64,000 bases of DNA from Octopus vulgaris (taxonomy: Eukaryota), in assembly GCA_951406725.2 (NCBI GenBank), contig OX597816.1, positions 178,870,001 to 178,934,000 of the forward strand, given 5' to 3'. The translations under genes were made by a program, and so were the position numbers. Under the pieces are notes generated by a model, which searched no databases, was not told the DNA's origin, and saw only the letters and a list, made by a program, of their open reading frames with translations. This document shows positions 1 to 12,957 of the stretch, in pieces; the stretch's first letter is position 1, and each line of letters starts with the position of its first letter.

Positions 1-700
1 TTAACAGAGGAGTTTAAGACCAACTGACTGAGAAACTTCTTGCTCAAGGAGAGAAATCCTCAGAAGCTGTTCAAAAGCCCTGGGAAAGGAACATTACTGC
101 GGGAGATATAACCATGTTTACAAGATCATAATAGACACCACCCAACAAAGAAGTTTAATCCCTTCTGTTATGGTTGGCATAAAGATGATGCTAGCTGCTA
201 TGTCTGTCTCCTTGGGCCTACTTGCAACAGCAAATGATTAGGAGCTCAAAGCTGACCTGAGGAAGCAGCTTAAGTTCACAAAAAATGTCACCTCATCATG
301 ACTAAGGCCAGATATGATACTCAGAAGCATCCAAGCAGGTGGTTCTGTCAGAACTCTCTTCACTGGGAGAACTACATATGCAGAGTTAGAAAATATGCAG
401 TTAGTGGAGCTATGGCAAAACAATGGGTGGCAAGCAAGGTGTGATCCTATCAAGGTGAGATACAGAGGGTTTTCAGGCCAGTTCCTCAACAGAGCTCATA
501 GCATGTTTGGCATCACAAGGGCCGGTAGGTAGAAGGCCATCTAGTTAGCTGTGGAGGCAGCATAGGTTACTTCATGGTGGCTCTGGATTAAGAGGTGCAA
601 GCCCTGGATGAGACTGAGCTTGGGTGAGAGTGTCTGATGTTGAAAGACCTGAAACGCCTGATTACTGATGATGTGTCCAGATGTATCACAGGATGATGCA
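1..700 (+). mobile_element. 3' relic of an RLE-endonuclease non-LTR retrotransposon (HERO/NeSL-like clade)
   Basis: Decayed frames read LRPDMIL...GWQARCDPIKVRYRGFSG...SWWLWIKR..PW, matching the PD-(D/E)xK RLE C-terminus (RPD / EVGxRGF / SxWxWxKR). Followed by a HERO-type 3' end, TGAAAGACCTGAAAC...CTGATGATGTGTCC. Left boundary uncertain. Confidence 0.7.
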
Positions 701-1268
701 CAGAGAAAGGTATATGTTGTTGATGACCTAGTTTTTTTTAGGTGAATCTACAGCAGATTTAGAGCTATAAAAAAATTTGTTTTATTTGGTGGGGGGGTAG
801 TTTCTGGTAGCAAGTTAGTTTTTATGAGAAGAGGCTGTTAGGCTTTAGCTCAAAACCCTTCTCTTTTACTCATGCTTGGAACTAGCTAGCATTCTCATTT
901 AAATGAAACTAATCAGTGGTGATCAGCTGACGAGAAGGGAAGCCAGCCACAGAAATTAACTGCAGAAGGATGAAAGATGAAGTTGACCCTGGCAGGACTT
1001 GAACTTACAATGCAAAGAACCGAGACAGATATTGCATGGCATTTGTGCATCACTCAACCAATTCTGTCAAGCAACTGCTTTAAGTAGCACTGGATCTAAA
1101 AAAGATGAATGGCCTTTGATCGCAATTGCACTCAATCAAGACCAACTTGGGACTAAGACAATAGTAACAAAGGGACTCTACAGAGTCACATGACCTACCA
1201 GAAATAGCTGATAAACTCCAAATTCTACTCTACCACCTTAAAAACAGAAAAGGCACATTGTATAAAGT

Positions 1269-1656
1269 CTAAGGAAGCACTCCGTCGGTTACGACGACGA
1301 GGGTTCCGGTTGATCTGATCACCAGAACAGCCTGCTCATGAAATTAACGTGTAAGTGGCTGAGCACTCCACAGACACGTGTACCCTTAACGTAGTTCTCG
1401 GGGATATTCAGCGTGACACAGAGAGTGACAAGGCCGGCCCTTTGAAATACAGGTACAACAGAAACAGGAAGTAAGAGAGAGAGAAAGTTGTGGTGAAAGA
1501 ATACAGCAGGGATCACCACCATCCCCTGTCGGAGCCTCGTGGAGCTTTTAGGTGTTTTCGCTCAATAAACACTCACAACGCCCGGTCTGGGAATCGAAAC
1601 CGCGATTCTACGACCGCGAGTCCGCTGCCCTAACTACTGGGCCATTGCGCCTCCAC
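1269..1656 (-). mobile_element. Young full-length tRNA-derived SINE
   Basis: Minus-strand head GTGGAGGCGCAATGGCCCAGTAGTTAGG (A box) ... GGTTTCGATTCCC (B box). 10-bp TSD TGTATAAAGT at 1259-1268 and 1657-1666. CpGs retained. A partial copy of the same family lies at about 30562-30725 (+). Confidence 0.9.
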
Positions 1657-2014
1657 TGTATAAAGTAGTCCTTGATACATAGTGCCTGAAAAAAGGCAGG
1701 GATGTTTACCAAAGGAAAATCTTTGACCCCAGATCTGCTGACTTCAATCTAAAACATCATCCTCAGTTAACAATGGAGCTTCTTTCTTGTTCCTTAACCT
1801 GCAAGAAATGGTAGCCAAATCCCCTTCAGATATCACCTATTACCTTAAAAATGGAAGGGTACACTGAATAATAGACTTCTAGATGCACTATGCTGAAGAA
1901 ATAAAACAAAGAGGTCACAATTGGAACACTTTTGATCATAAGTCTGCTTATCAGGTCAGATAACAACCACCACGAAACAACAAAAACAAATGGAAAATGA
2001 AATTCTTGATCAAC

Positions 2015-2107
2015 CTGCATGACAGCATATGGTAACAGTAATGCAGTGTCCAACCATCCAAGCTTTTCTTTTGGAATATTTAATGACTGCTCCAAATCTG
2101 TTTTCAC
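2015..2107 (-). CDS. MFS sugar-phosphate transporter (SLC37/GlpT/OPA-like), coding exon 2; the gene continues left of the window
   Basis: Acceptor ttattccag|GTG at 2107, donor CAG|gttgat at 2015, phase 0. Reads VKTDLEQSLNIPKEKLGWLDTALLLPYAVMQ, matching OPA-family TM2 (LGxLDxxxLxxYA). Confidence 0.85.
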
Positions 2108-5100
2108 CTGGAATAAATTTAAATATTTTTAAAAAACCAAAAATTTCAGTATAATGAAAGCAATAAAAAATTCATGTATCATATTTACTATGAATTAACT
2201 TTGAAGATTTTAATACTGATTTCAAATTTTGGCAGAAGTTTAGCTATTTCAGGGGAGTTGGTAAGTCAATTACATTGATCCCAGTACTCAGCCAGTAATT
2301 ATTTTAATGACCCCGAAAGGATGAAAGACAAAGTGATCCTTGGGAGTAATATGAACAAAATGTCACTAAACATTTTGCCTGGCATGGTAACGTTTCGGCA
2401 AGCTTATTGCCTTTGCCAAAGATTTTCATATAAATGATACTAAACATTAGAATCCCAAATTTGAGAGAACAGAGAGAAAATGATCCACTGTTTGAGATAG
2501 GAACAAAATGTTTATTGTTTCATCCTCATTATTTTTGCATTCACTTTTTCTTTGCTGGCATGAGTTGGATGAGACTTTATGAGGCAGTATTCTACTATTT
2601 GATGTCCTTCCTGTTGTTAACACTTGTTTTTATTGGTCTTTACACATTGAACAGCTAAGTTGTGGGACATAAACACAGCCCAATGTCAATGAGAATAAAT
2701 GCAGAGACAAATGCACAAAGGCTTCCCTATAGTTTCCAAATACCAAATCTCATTCACAAGGTATTGCTTTCTCAAGGCTATAGTGGTAAACACTTGCCCA
2801 AGGTACCATGGACTGAGGCCAAGTCTAAAACCCAAAATAGCTGCAAAAATACTCATAAATATATGAGACCAACCTTGGTGATTAAAAATAACAATAGCAT
2901 AATTGAAAAGTTGAAAATGACATAAACTAAAATCTTTTATATGAGATATAAAAGAATGAGGGAGAGAGAGAGAGAGAGAGAGAGAGGCAGACAGATGACA
3001 TAGTTTTGCATCAAGAAAACTGCAAAAATTCTAATGCAGTTAGATTTATATATTAAAAAAATATTCCTCTTAGCATTTTGGACAAGTTAAAAACTTTCTA
3101 TCCTAAAAGATAAACATCTCTGATATTATGCATTTCAATAGATTAAGTTGGTAATTAATATTTATAGACTTTGAGATAAGAAGCTTGCTTCCTAACTACA
3201 TGGTTCTAGGTTCAGTTTCACTGTGTAGCACCCCGAGCATGGGCCTTGTGAGTGGATTTGATGAGCAGAAACTGGAAGAAGCTTGTCATACATGTGTGCG
3301 CATGTGTGCTTGTGTCTATGTTTATGCCCCACCACTTCTTGACAACCACTGTTTGGTGTGTTCATGCCCCTGTAATTTGGTGTTTCAGAAAAAAGAGACC
3401 AATAGAATAAGTTACCAGGCTCAAAAAAAAAAAATAAATAAATAAGTACTGGCATCAATTCATTCAACTAAAATTCTGACTGAAACAAGAAAAGGATAAA
3501 GGATTTAATGACTAGATTGAAAAAGGTTAAAATAGGAAATTGTAATAACAAAGATGAATAAGGTGAAAGCATAGACAAAGAAACTAGTCACACAGTTTCC
3601 AGAAAGGTCCAAAAAGGTCAAGCTAGCATCCTGAGTGAGAAAGATTCTAAGAAAAACAATATAAACACAACTGGTCTCAATGTCACCACTGAAGACCAAC
3701 AATGACAGTAAAGAAACCAAAGAAGGTGAAACAAAGAAAAAAAGAACAACATGAAGAGGTGCAAAAAGGGAGACGAAATGACAGGGGCTAGAAATGAAAA
3801 ATAAATGAGGGAGCCCAAATTACTTGTAGGTTCTACCTTAAAGGTATAAAGAAAATACAGAAAACTGTTGCTTTGATCCTGCCAAGTGATGTCAGAGTAG
3901 TCCCAAATAGGTTAATTCTTGCTCACAAAACCAACAAAGATGAAGAAAAATGCAGCAACATGAGTAAAAAAGGAAAACCCAGAAGACAACAGCATAAACA
4001 CCCACCGGAAGATACACTGCACACAGCCTACTCTATAAAAAGGTGATATACATCAAGTGAGAAGCAATCCATTTTGAGCAATCCAGTAAGATAGTATGAT
4101 AGATGACCTGGCTGTAAAAGACAGATCCAAGCCATACTCACCAACAAACACACGGTGCCACTACAAATAAGAAACCCCGGATGGCCACATTCGACACCAA
4201 CCCAAATGTCATACCAATTCTATTCAATTTATGGGTCTCTTAAAAATCAATGACAAAAGTAAACTTATCTACTCAAGAGACTGTGTCATGTGCAATCAAG
4301 CATTTTGCATGGCACTCACAGAAACCCAACCAACAGCAAATGCAAAGACACGCACCAGACTGCATCATATTTTGCCCTAACAGGAGAAGATAAATCATAA
4401 TGAAGTTGCCATGAAGATGAAACACAATCCTGCTGCCACACTGAACCTTGCTTAAGTACATATAAAGCAATACCACGTTGTTCACTAGACACCTCTAATC
4501 AGGATGGTAAATTTCAAAATACCCTTGGGATGATAGAAAAAGTATTAACTAAATGAGACTGTCGCATCAGTGTACTTCATTTGAGTGACTTCAACCATCC
4601 CAGTATCAAATAGGCTAAGGCTCATGGAATGAGGCCATGATGGTGATTTGAAACCTAACTGCTAAGTAACCAGCCAGACATCATGGGTGAAGCACAAAAT
4701 TTTCATGTGATTGGTCTATTAAGTAACCAGTCAGCATCAAGCTGCTGCATAATTTAGTCTATAGAAAAGCCATTTGATGTCTAAATTCATAGCAGAGTGT
4801 TGAGAACAGCCAACCCATACACATGTCTCACCTCTTGCCAAGCAGAATGGCAAGGCAGCTGAGTGATGTGTCTCTATTCTTGTCATCTGACAGAGCCAGA
4901 CATTTGCATTAGACAACTCCAGGTTGTGTCATATGTAACTTCTTCAAATGCAGTGCAGTTTTTCCTTCTCTCCCAGTCTGTACATATTGCTGTTGTTAAC
5001 TGTATATGGTCAACACCGTTTGCCTCTATGTGCAACAATAAATTTTTCTGTTAATGTTGGTGGGTGTTGTTCAGTTACTTCTTCATACAACCAAGAAACA

Positions 5101-5299
5101 TATTTTGATTCATTAACTCAACCAGCTACCATAGTGGTACCATAGATAAAACAGCCAAATATAAACCCGTGACAAGGCTATAAAAATAATAAGCCTTATA
5201 GCACAATTGATTAGGAAAAGAATTGAAAGAGATGCCATTCAGCTTTGTGTCTGGATGAGATACCACTGTGTTCTCAACCTAGAAACTATGGGAGAAGTT

Positions 5300-5520
5300 C
5301 TAAGCTAAGAGTAAGTTACTGCACCCAGCATTTGTCTGGTAGTGAGATGTACTCTTGTCCAACCAGCTCGTGATCTTGTCCATCCATTGCTTTTTTTGAC
5401 TACCTTTTGATCGACTACCCTCCACTCTTCCTGCCATAATAATGTTTTCTAGGCCTTTGCTTCTTCAAATATGGCTGTAATAAATGAGCTTTTGTTTTTC
5501 CACAATGTTCTGGAATAAAT
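5300..5520 (-). mobile_element. Old RTE-type LINE 3' relic
   Basis: Minus strand reads LENIIMAGRVEGSRSKGSQKKQWMDKI, the typical RTE RT C-terminus (GxxxGxRxxGRxxxxWxDxI). Boundaries approximate. Confidence 0.55.
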
Positions 5521-6987
5521 AAACTTTACTCAAGAAACAGTTTAAGGTTGGCAACAAGAACATCTAATCATAAAACTACTGCTTTTGTAGCTCATGGTAG
5601 CATGGAACAAAAAACATGGACATGAAATAAAAGATGAAAATCAAAGTAGACTGTCAACTTTTCATATAATAAATATATTTATCCAACTCTACCTAATGTA
5701 TTGACTTATCAGATAAAGCTTGTACTAAATAGACTGTTTTTATATACTTTACAATTCTTACATTACAACACACACACACACATGCTTATCACTGGCTGCT
5801 GTATTTCATCACTGAACAAAATAAATATGTGATTGGTATATTCAAGTTTGTATCATGTTTATTAGTTTGGGGTAGCATTGGCTGAGGAGACACAACAATG
5901 TCAAAACCAAAGTGTTTAGCTGGTACTTATTTTATCGATCCCAACAGAACGAAAAGCCAAGTCAACCCTTGGCAGAATTTGAGCTCACAAGGTAAAGAGA
6001 CAAGAGAAAAGCTGCTAAACATTATGTCCAGCATGCTAACGATTTTGCCAGCTCATCACTTTATCTGTGGGACTAGTCTTTTCTACAATAGATACATGGC
6101 CTGAAATTTTGGGGAAGGCAGCTAGCTGATTACATCAACTCCAGTAATCAACTGGTACTTATTTTACTGATCCTAAAAGGATGAAAGGCCTAGATGACCT
6201 TGGCAAAATTTGCACTCAGAATGTGAAGCTGGAAGAAAAGTCACAAAGCATTTTGTCCTGTGTTTTAACAATTCTGTCAGTTTGTCACCTTAATTTGCAG
6301 GGCTAATAATGAAAGCGAAACAATAAACTCACGGATCTTGAATGACTATGGAAATGCTCAAATCTCATTTATCAAATGCTATCAAATGGGAATATAATTA
6401 ATTCAATATTCTCTTTGGTTAAGTATTTTCAAATTTATTTTTTATAATTTCTTAGAAATGTTTCCAGATATATTATTATTGTTGTTGTTAAGGTGGGAAC
6501 ACAGCAGAATCATTAGCAAGTCAGACAAAATGCTTGGCAGCATTTCATCTGTCTTTATGTTCTGAGTACCAATTCCACAGAGATCAACTTTGCCTTTCAT
6601 TCTTTTAAGCTCAACAAAATTGTTGACCAGTTGCATATTGCAGTCAATGTAAACCTTCAAGCTTTGAGCTTATTTTAGAAAGGCTTAATTATTATAATCG
6701 AAGGCAGTGAGCTGGTAGACTCGTTAGCAATCAGGGCAAAATGCTTACTGGCATTTCATCTGTCTTTACATTCTGAGTTCAAATTCTGCTGAGATTCATT
6801 TTTACTTTCATCCTTTTGGGGTCTAGAAAATATTGGGGATGTAATCAACTAACACCTCCCCTAACATTTCAGGCCTTGTGTCTGTAGCAGAAAGAATCAT
6901 AATCAACATTTGATAGACTCATTAGTATGTCGGGCAAGGCGCTTGGAGGTAATTCTTTCAGCCCTTTACATTCTGGTTACTCTTTTA

Positions 6988-7335
6988 CTGGAGAACCACC
7001 TTTAGTCGAGCAAATCGACCCCAGGACTTATTCTTTGCAAGCCTAGTGCTTATTCTATCAGTCTCTTTTGCCGAACTGCTAAGTTACGGGGGACATAAAC
7101 ACACCAACGTCGGTTGTCAAGTGATGTTGGGGGGACAAACATAGACACACAAACACGCATATATATACATATATACGACGGGCTTCTTTCAGTTTCTGTC
7201 TACCAAATCCACTCACAAGGCTTTGGTCGGCCCGAGGCTATAGTAGAAGACACTTGCCCAAAGTGCCATGCAGTGGGACTGAACCCGGAACCATGTGGTT
7301 GGTAAACAAGCTACTTACCACACAGCCACTCCTAC
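6988..7335 (-). mobile_element. tRNA/CORE-like composite SINE (abundant family)
   Basis: Head GGAGTGGCTGTGTGGTAAG ... GGTTCAGTCCC, CORE-like TTGGGCAAGT, central (TA)/(TG) tract and a second module. Related copies at about 3170-3500, 10515-10895, 14420-14650, 18241-18410, 27350-27550, 40300-40510, 42111-42250, 49140-49295 and 55853-56460. Confidence 0.85.
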
Positions 7336-9513
7336 TGATGAAATTATTATCATTGTCCAGGGGTTAGTTTATTTTTCTGTTAATTGCTACCTGAAACATG
7401 TTAGTAGAGGCAGTAAGATTATTATTGATGGGCCTTTTGAAGTGACTTAATATTCCAAAAATCTTGTAAAATTTTCTTTTAAGAATTTTTTTTCTTTCTA
7501 AATATGCAGAAAAATACGGACATCCTGATTCGGACAAAAATTTCAAAACATTTCTGTACTTACAGTTAGGGTTTTAGGGTTAGTGTTGAAGAAGTTGGGA
7601 GGGAAAGGAGGGAGAAAATTTCACAATGCTGATTTTTGGCAATTTTCCAGAACCCCCATATCCGAAAACAGGAATTTTTGGCAAAACAAATTACAAAAAT
7701 AAACATATTTGGGAGAAAATGGGGGGACGGGCGGAAGTCTTTCCAAAGGGTTTTATAGCATATTAGGTTACCGTAATTCAGAAAAGAATTTCCAATGATT
7801 CTTGGATATGGGGGGAGGGTCCGGTTTCCCACCCACCCCTTTTTTTCCGAACAAAAATACGGGGTTTACAGCATATTATGAGGTCTAGGTACTAGTTTCT
7901 TTTTTGTTTGTTATTTTTTCCTTAGTGAAAATCGTGCAGGTGAAAACATCAATGGGGGATGGGGTGGAATTTCCTCACCACACCCCGTTTTCCGGACCCA
8001 AAAATGGGTTTTGTAGCAAATTCGGAGGCCACCGGAATTCATTCAACGTAAAAAAAAATTCCAATGATTCCGGGATGGGGGGTCCGGCTCCGAACAAAAA
8101 AAGGAGTTTGCAGCATATCCGAGTTTTTTCTTTTTTTAGTGAAAATCGTGCAGGTGAAAGGATCAAAATTTACCAAATTTCACGCCTTGAGCCTAGCTGG
8201 TAATCATTTCATCGACCCCGAAACATACATTTACCAAATGAAACTTTAAATTTCGAAAAAACTGTGAGGTGTGTCAGTATGTATGCATGCCCACCATTTT
8301 TTTTATTCTATATTAAATTCCAATCGTGATTCTTGTATTCTGAAAGATATTTGTAACAAAAGATTACATTAAAAAAAAAAAAACACATTTTTCTGAAAGT
8401 TATGAAGAAATAAAGCAGACTCTTGTGAATTTTCTGAAATTCCTCTCCCCACCCACTGAAAAAAATTCCGATATAATCGGAATCTACAGCATCTGAAGCG
8501 TATTCTTATTACTAAATATCCATTTTTCTTAAAGTTATGAATAAACAAAGAAGGGACACATTGTGTAGGTGTGTCCTTATTATAGTTTTGCTGAACAAAA
8601 TGCTTAGCGGGATTTCGTCGTCCGTCTTGACGTTCTAAGTTCAAATTCCGTCGAGGAAGACTTTACCTTTCATCATTTTGGGGGTCGATGCAATTATTAT
8701 TGTCCAGGGGTTAGTTTATTTGGTTAATGTTTACAATATTACCCGTTTAACATTAACCGTTTTTTCCTTCTTCTGTTAATTGCTATTTGAAACGTGTTTG
8801 TAGAAGTGCGGCAGAAAGATTATTATTTACAGGCCTTTCCAAGTGACAACCTCGTCATTAAAGTTAAAGCAAAAGTGTTGTCATTAAAAAAGATCTTTTA
8901 TTAAATAGAAATAAAATACTAACTTGTTAACCAGATTAAGTGATTTTTTAAAAAAAAGTGTTTATACATTCGTCCCGTTTATTCGGGAAACGTGGGTGTG
9001 TTTTCGCGGACTGTGTTTGGTTTCATGATATTTGTCCAGCAGGTACGTGGACATAAAAACCAAAAACCGACTGTGTAAATATTGAAAATAAAAGACAAGA
9101 GAAAAAGTTGTTTCAAGAGTGAAAACTATTCCGAAAGCACACTAAAAAGAGGATAAAAGACAATTTTTAGATCGTTTTTTTATGCGAATTACATGCGTTT
9201 CAGAATATTGAATGAAGACAAAAAAAGGAGATTTAATTCTGTGTCGTGGCAGTTATTCCAAAGGCACAATAAAGTTGGATGGGATTAAAGTTTGTAAATC
9301 ATAAATTTTTGGGAAAAAATTATTTCATGTGAATTACTTGTGAGATGCAATTAAATTTATGAACATCAAAAAAAGACCGAGCAAATATTTGTGTGATGAA
9401 GATGCTTATTTATATGTGGTATAGTAATATTTGTAAGCAAAACATTTAAAAACTTCTTTCGGTCGAGTGTATAAGAGAAATATAAAGATGAAGAGATGAA
9501 GTGAATTACGTAC

Positions 9514-9618
9514 CACCCCGAGAGGTTTTCTCAGTAAATAGGTCGAAGCATAGGACAACCAACCCAAACAGAAAACCAGCACTTGTTTCCTTCGTAGCAG
9601 TGACAATTCGGAAGACAT
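9514..9618 (-). CDS. MFS sugar-phosphate transporter (SLC37/GlpT/OPA-like), coding exon 1
   Basis: ATG at 9618, reads MSSELSLLRRKQVLVFCLGWLSYASTYLLRKPLGV with the OPA-family TM1 motif YxxxYxxRK. Donor GTG|gtacgt at 9514, phase 0, joins exon 2 in frame. Confidence 0.88.
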
Positions 9619-10048
9619 TCTCCAAACCGATCTTCTTTTGTAAGCAAGTCAGAGGGGTCCAGTAGCGAAATAGAGCGATACTAATTGGAGGGACATTTGC
9701 CAAGGCCCTTGGCTCGCAGCGAACTCGATCCAGAAACTGAGCAGAGCAACGTCAGCGGCAGATAACTCTAAGCAGCACTTGACACGAGGTCAACTCATTT
9801 ATTCGCTTTGGACAAACTCACCGACTTTTCCTTAATGACAAACAATATAATCGATTGATTCGAGATTATTACTAACTTTCAAATACTTTACATATTTAAT
9901 TTGTTAAACACTGACCCCTGTGGGGAATTAATCAAGAGATTTGTCACCGGTGAGATTCGTTCTTAGAACAGGAAACCACTGGGGTTGTCTCATTGCTTTC
10001 GCCGCCGCCGCAAAATATTGTGTTTTCTGTATTAAATCGACGGTGAGT
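9619..10048. promoter_or_regulatory. Candidate bidirectional promoter and putative non-coding first exon of the plus-strand ZnF-UBP gene
   Basis: CpG-enriched, repeat-free segment just upstream of the minus-strand ATG. A GCCGCCGCCGC tract is followed by a strong plus-strand donor CG|GTGAGT at 10042/10043. The next coding exon (16863) begins at an acceptor, so it needs an upstream exon. Confidence 0.6.
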
Positions 10049-10899
10049 AACTGGATATTTTACTCAGTTATTTTAATACAGTTTTATAGATATTCATTGA
10101 CTTTGGGGATTGATGTCACAGTTCCTTTTTTTTTTTTTTAATTTTTGCTGTGCATTACCTCGAGTTTCACATTTGTATAAAACTACGAACAAAGGAGCCT
10201 CTGTGCACTTGCTCGCTTTGCTAGACATACCAATGAAATCTCCCGCAAATAACACCTTGCTATCTTAAATAAGGAAAGAGCGCTTTAGATCATGTAGTTC
10301 TCCATACCTCCAAAATATCGAAGTGGTTTGCTTGTTCAGTAGTGACTTGGAGTTTAAAAAAACTAAAATCCTCTTTACTTTCTTTGGTTTAGGAAACATA
10401 TACACATTTCAATTTCAGAACTGTGTCGTATATATACATTAAGGTAATCTTTCGTTGTATGTACTTAAAAACGGTACACTTTTATTTTTCAGAGATATAG
10501 ATTTGTCTCTTTTAAGGCGCTTGCGTGGTTGCGTGGTAATACGCTTGCTTTCCAACCAGATGGTTCCAAATTTATTCTGCCTCGCACCTTCGACAAGTGC
10601 TTTCTGCTATAGCCTCGGGTCGACCAAAGCTATATGAATGAATTTGATAGACGGAAAAGGAAAGAAGCCCGTCATATATGTATGTATATATCCATCTTTG
10701 TGTATGTGTTAGTCCCCCACCACCGCTCAACAGCCGGTTCTGGTGTGTCCCCGTAACTTATCTGTTCGTCAAAAGAGACCTAGAATAAGTCCCACGCTTA
10801 AAAAAAGTCCTGGGGGTAATTTGTTCGATTAAAACCAAGGCAGTGCCCCCGCATGGCCGCAGTCAAATGACTGAAACAAGTGAAAGATAAAAGATATCT

Positions 10900-11550
10900 C
10901 CAAAACACCACTGCACCACACCCACTCTCACTTAATCTCTAAACGGCACTCAAGCTTTCACCATCGTTCCAAATGCCACACCTCACTATCTCCAAAGATC
11001 TCTCCTGACGAAAGCATACCCTTGGCATAGTTAAGACCACATCCCAAAGACTAGCCCTTCTCTTTAAAGTCAGAGGATATTTCAACCCCTAACTACTGCT
11101 AATGCTCTGCAGGCCTCAATGGAATTCCACAGTAGTTTACTGCTCCCATATCTCGAATGGTGCTGCTGCTATGCTCATTACAGTCTGAATTGCATCCAGA
11201 GAAAGACCTCTCGACAGATCAGTGCTACATCTCTAAAGGACACATCCAGTCTCTGGACTACAGACCTGCTGGTGTGCTGTCTCCCCTCCCCTTCTCTCCC
11301 CTTTTTGTCTTTCCTATCTTCTGCCCTGCAGATCCAACAGATCTTCTACATCCACACTCAGGCACCCCATCCCACTTTTCTTTCCACCTTTCTTCACCCT
11401 TGGAGTGGACATGCTAACCCCTATACTAAACCTTTAAACCATTGCCTTCTGAAATCTCATCCCCTTTCATGTCTTTCCTGCAGGTGTTAACCTTACACCA
11501 TTTAAACGAAACATTAATGACATCAGTCTCTCTGGTCTCAGAACGCTTGT
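10900..11550 (+). mobile_element. Decayed non-LTR retrotransposon RT C-terminal fragment (CR1/Jockey-group-like)
   Basis: Broken frames read KTTSQRLALLFKVRGYF...MEFHS...LNCIQRK...QSLDYR, resembling the LxxVQRR / LxxRR region of LINE ORF2. Confidence 0.5.
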
Positions 11551-12315
11551 AAGGTCATGGGCCCTATGCCTTCTTCTAAACTCAGCAAATAAAGAAAATG
11601 TTGAACTGATATACTGTTAAAGCCAGAGCTTTATTCAACCAAATCCAATATCAAACAATCTTACTCAGCATAAAAATGCAAGCTATTATTATTATATATA
11701 TGTAGCAGTATTGACTACCATACCTGTGTAAATAGGCACCTGATTGCTCCTGCTGCACACACACACACACACACACACACATTGTAATGTTGCCTAGCAA
11801 GGAAAAACACACAGAAACTAGACTTCAATGAAAATGATAATTGACTACAAAATATATTGCATCCTTTTGTAAATATATTTAACATAGCAATAAATACGTA
11901 ATCAGCATGATGTTCTATTAATTTAAATTGATGTTATATTTTGGCCAATCAAACATGTTGAAGATGAACCTACTCTATTGTGGTTTTTATAGGCCTATAA
12001 AAACCACAATAAATCACCCACAACTACCACTTCTCTAGACAAATCACTGCAAGGCTCACTTCTGCATCACGATGTCAAAGGAATCTGCAATTTGCTGAGC
12101 CTTAGTACATGATTGAAGTTTGAAAGTTCAGGCAGTGTGACAATAATAAAGATTTGTTATGGTGAAAGTGTTTCTGCAGCTGGAAACACTGCCAGATCAG
12201 ACTGGAGCCTGGTGCAGCCTCCTGGCTTCCCAGACCCCAGTCAAACCGACCAACCCATGCCAGCATGGAAAATGGACATTAAACGATGATGATGATGAAT
12301 AAGTTTCATTGCAAT

Positions 12316-12957
12316 AAATTATCTGCACTTTCACCATAACATACCTTTATTATTGTCGCACTGCCTTCTGCACAGGTGTGCTCATGGTTGGAACTATTGT
12401 GGTCACGTGATTGAAGTTTGAGCCAGATCTCACTATTTTTCTTTCTGGCTTTACAGTATAAGAATGGCCGCTTCACTAGCAGTGTGCACCAAAGAAGAAC
12501 AAAAAGCAGTGATCTGAGAGATGGTAATGGTGAAATGGTTTACCATTACCATCTCTTGAGCTTGCTGAATCTTCTCATCAGTGATGGAGGTTGGTGGGTG
12601 TCCTGCTCCCTCTTCGTGCATCACACTTGTCTGGCCACTTTTAAACTTCTTGATTCACTCATAGTAGTAGTGCACTGTCCCCATATTGTGCTAAACGCCT
12701 CCAATGACTTTCAACACCTGACACACCTTTTGACCAGAGAAATCAGATTGCTACTCTTTGTTCTTTTTTTGTTGCACATTGCTAATGGAGCAGCCATGCT
12801 TACACTGTAAAGCCAGAACAAAAAATGGCACCATAGGCTCAAACTTCAATCACGTGACCACAATAGTACCAACTATAAGCATGCATGCACAGAAGGCAGT
12901 GTGTCAATTATAAAGGTATGTTATGACAATAGTGCAGATAATTTTTGACTTACCCTC
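12316..12957 (-). mobile_element. Mariner-derived fold-back relic (transposon 5' end present in both orientations)
   Basis: About 200-bp inverted arms at about 12316-12520 and 12742-12945. The terminus reads GAGGGTAAGTCAAAAATTATCTGCACT on the minus strand. It encodes a mariner-like N-terminus, MAAPLAMCNK..EQRVAI.FL. Confidence 0.65.

Noticed and set aside
1560-1656. tRNA gene candidate (also at about 30562-30635)
   Set aside because: The A and B boxes continue into a SINE body (with a TSD for this copy), so this is a SINE head rather than a tRNA gene.
3505-4700. Purine-rich region with short ORFs, a possible retroelement ORF1 or extra transporter exon
   Set aside because: No convincing motifs or splice-compatible frame, and transporter exons 1 and 2 already join in frame.
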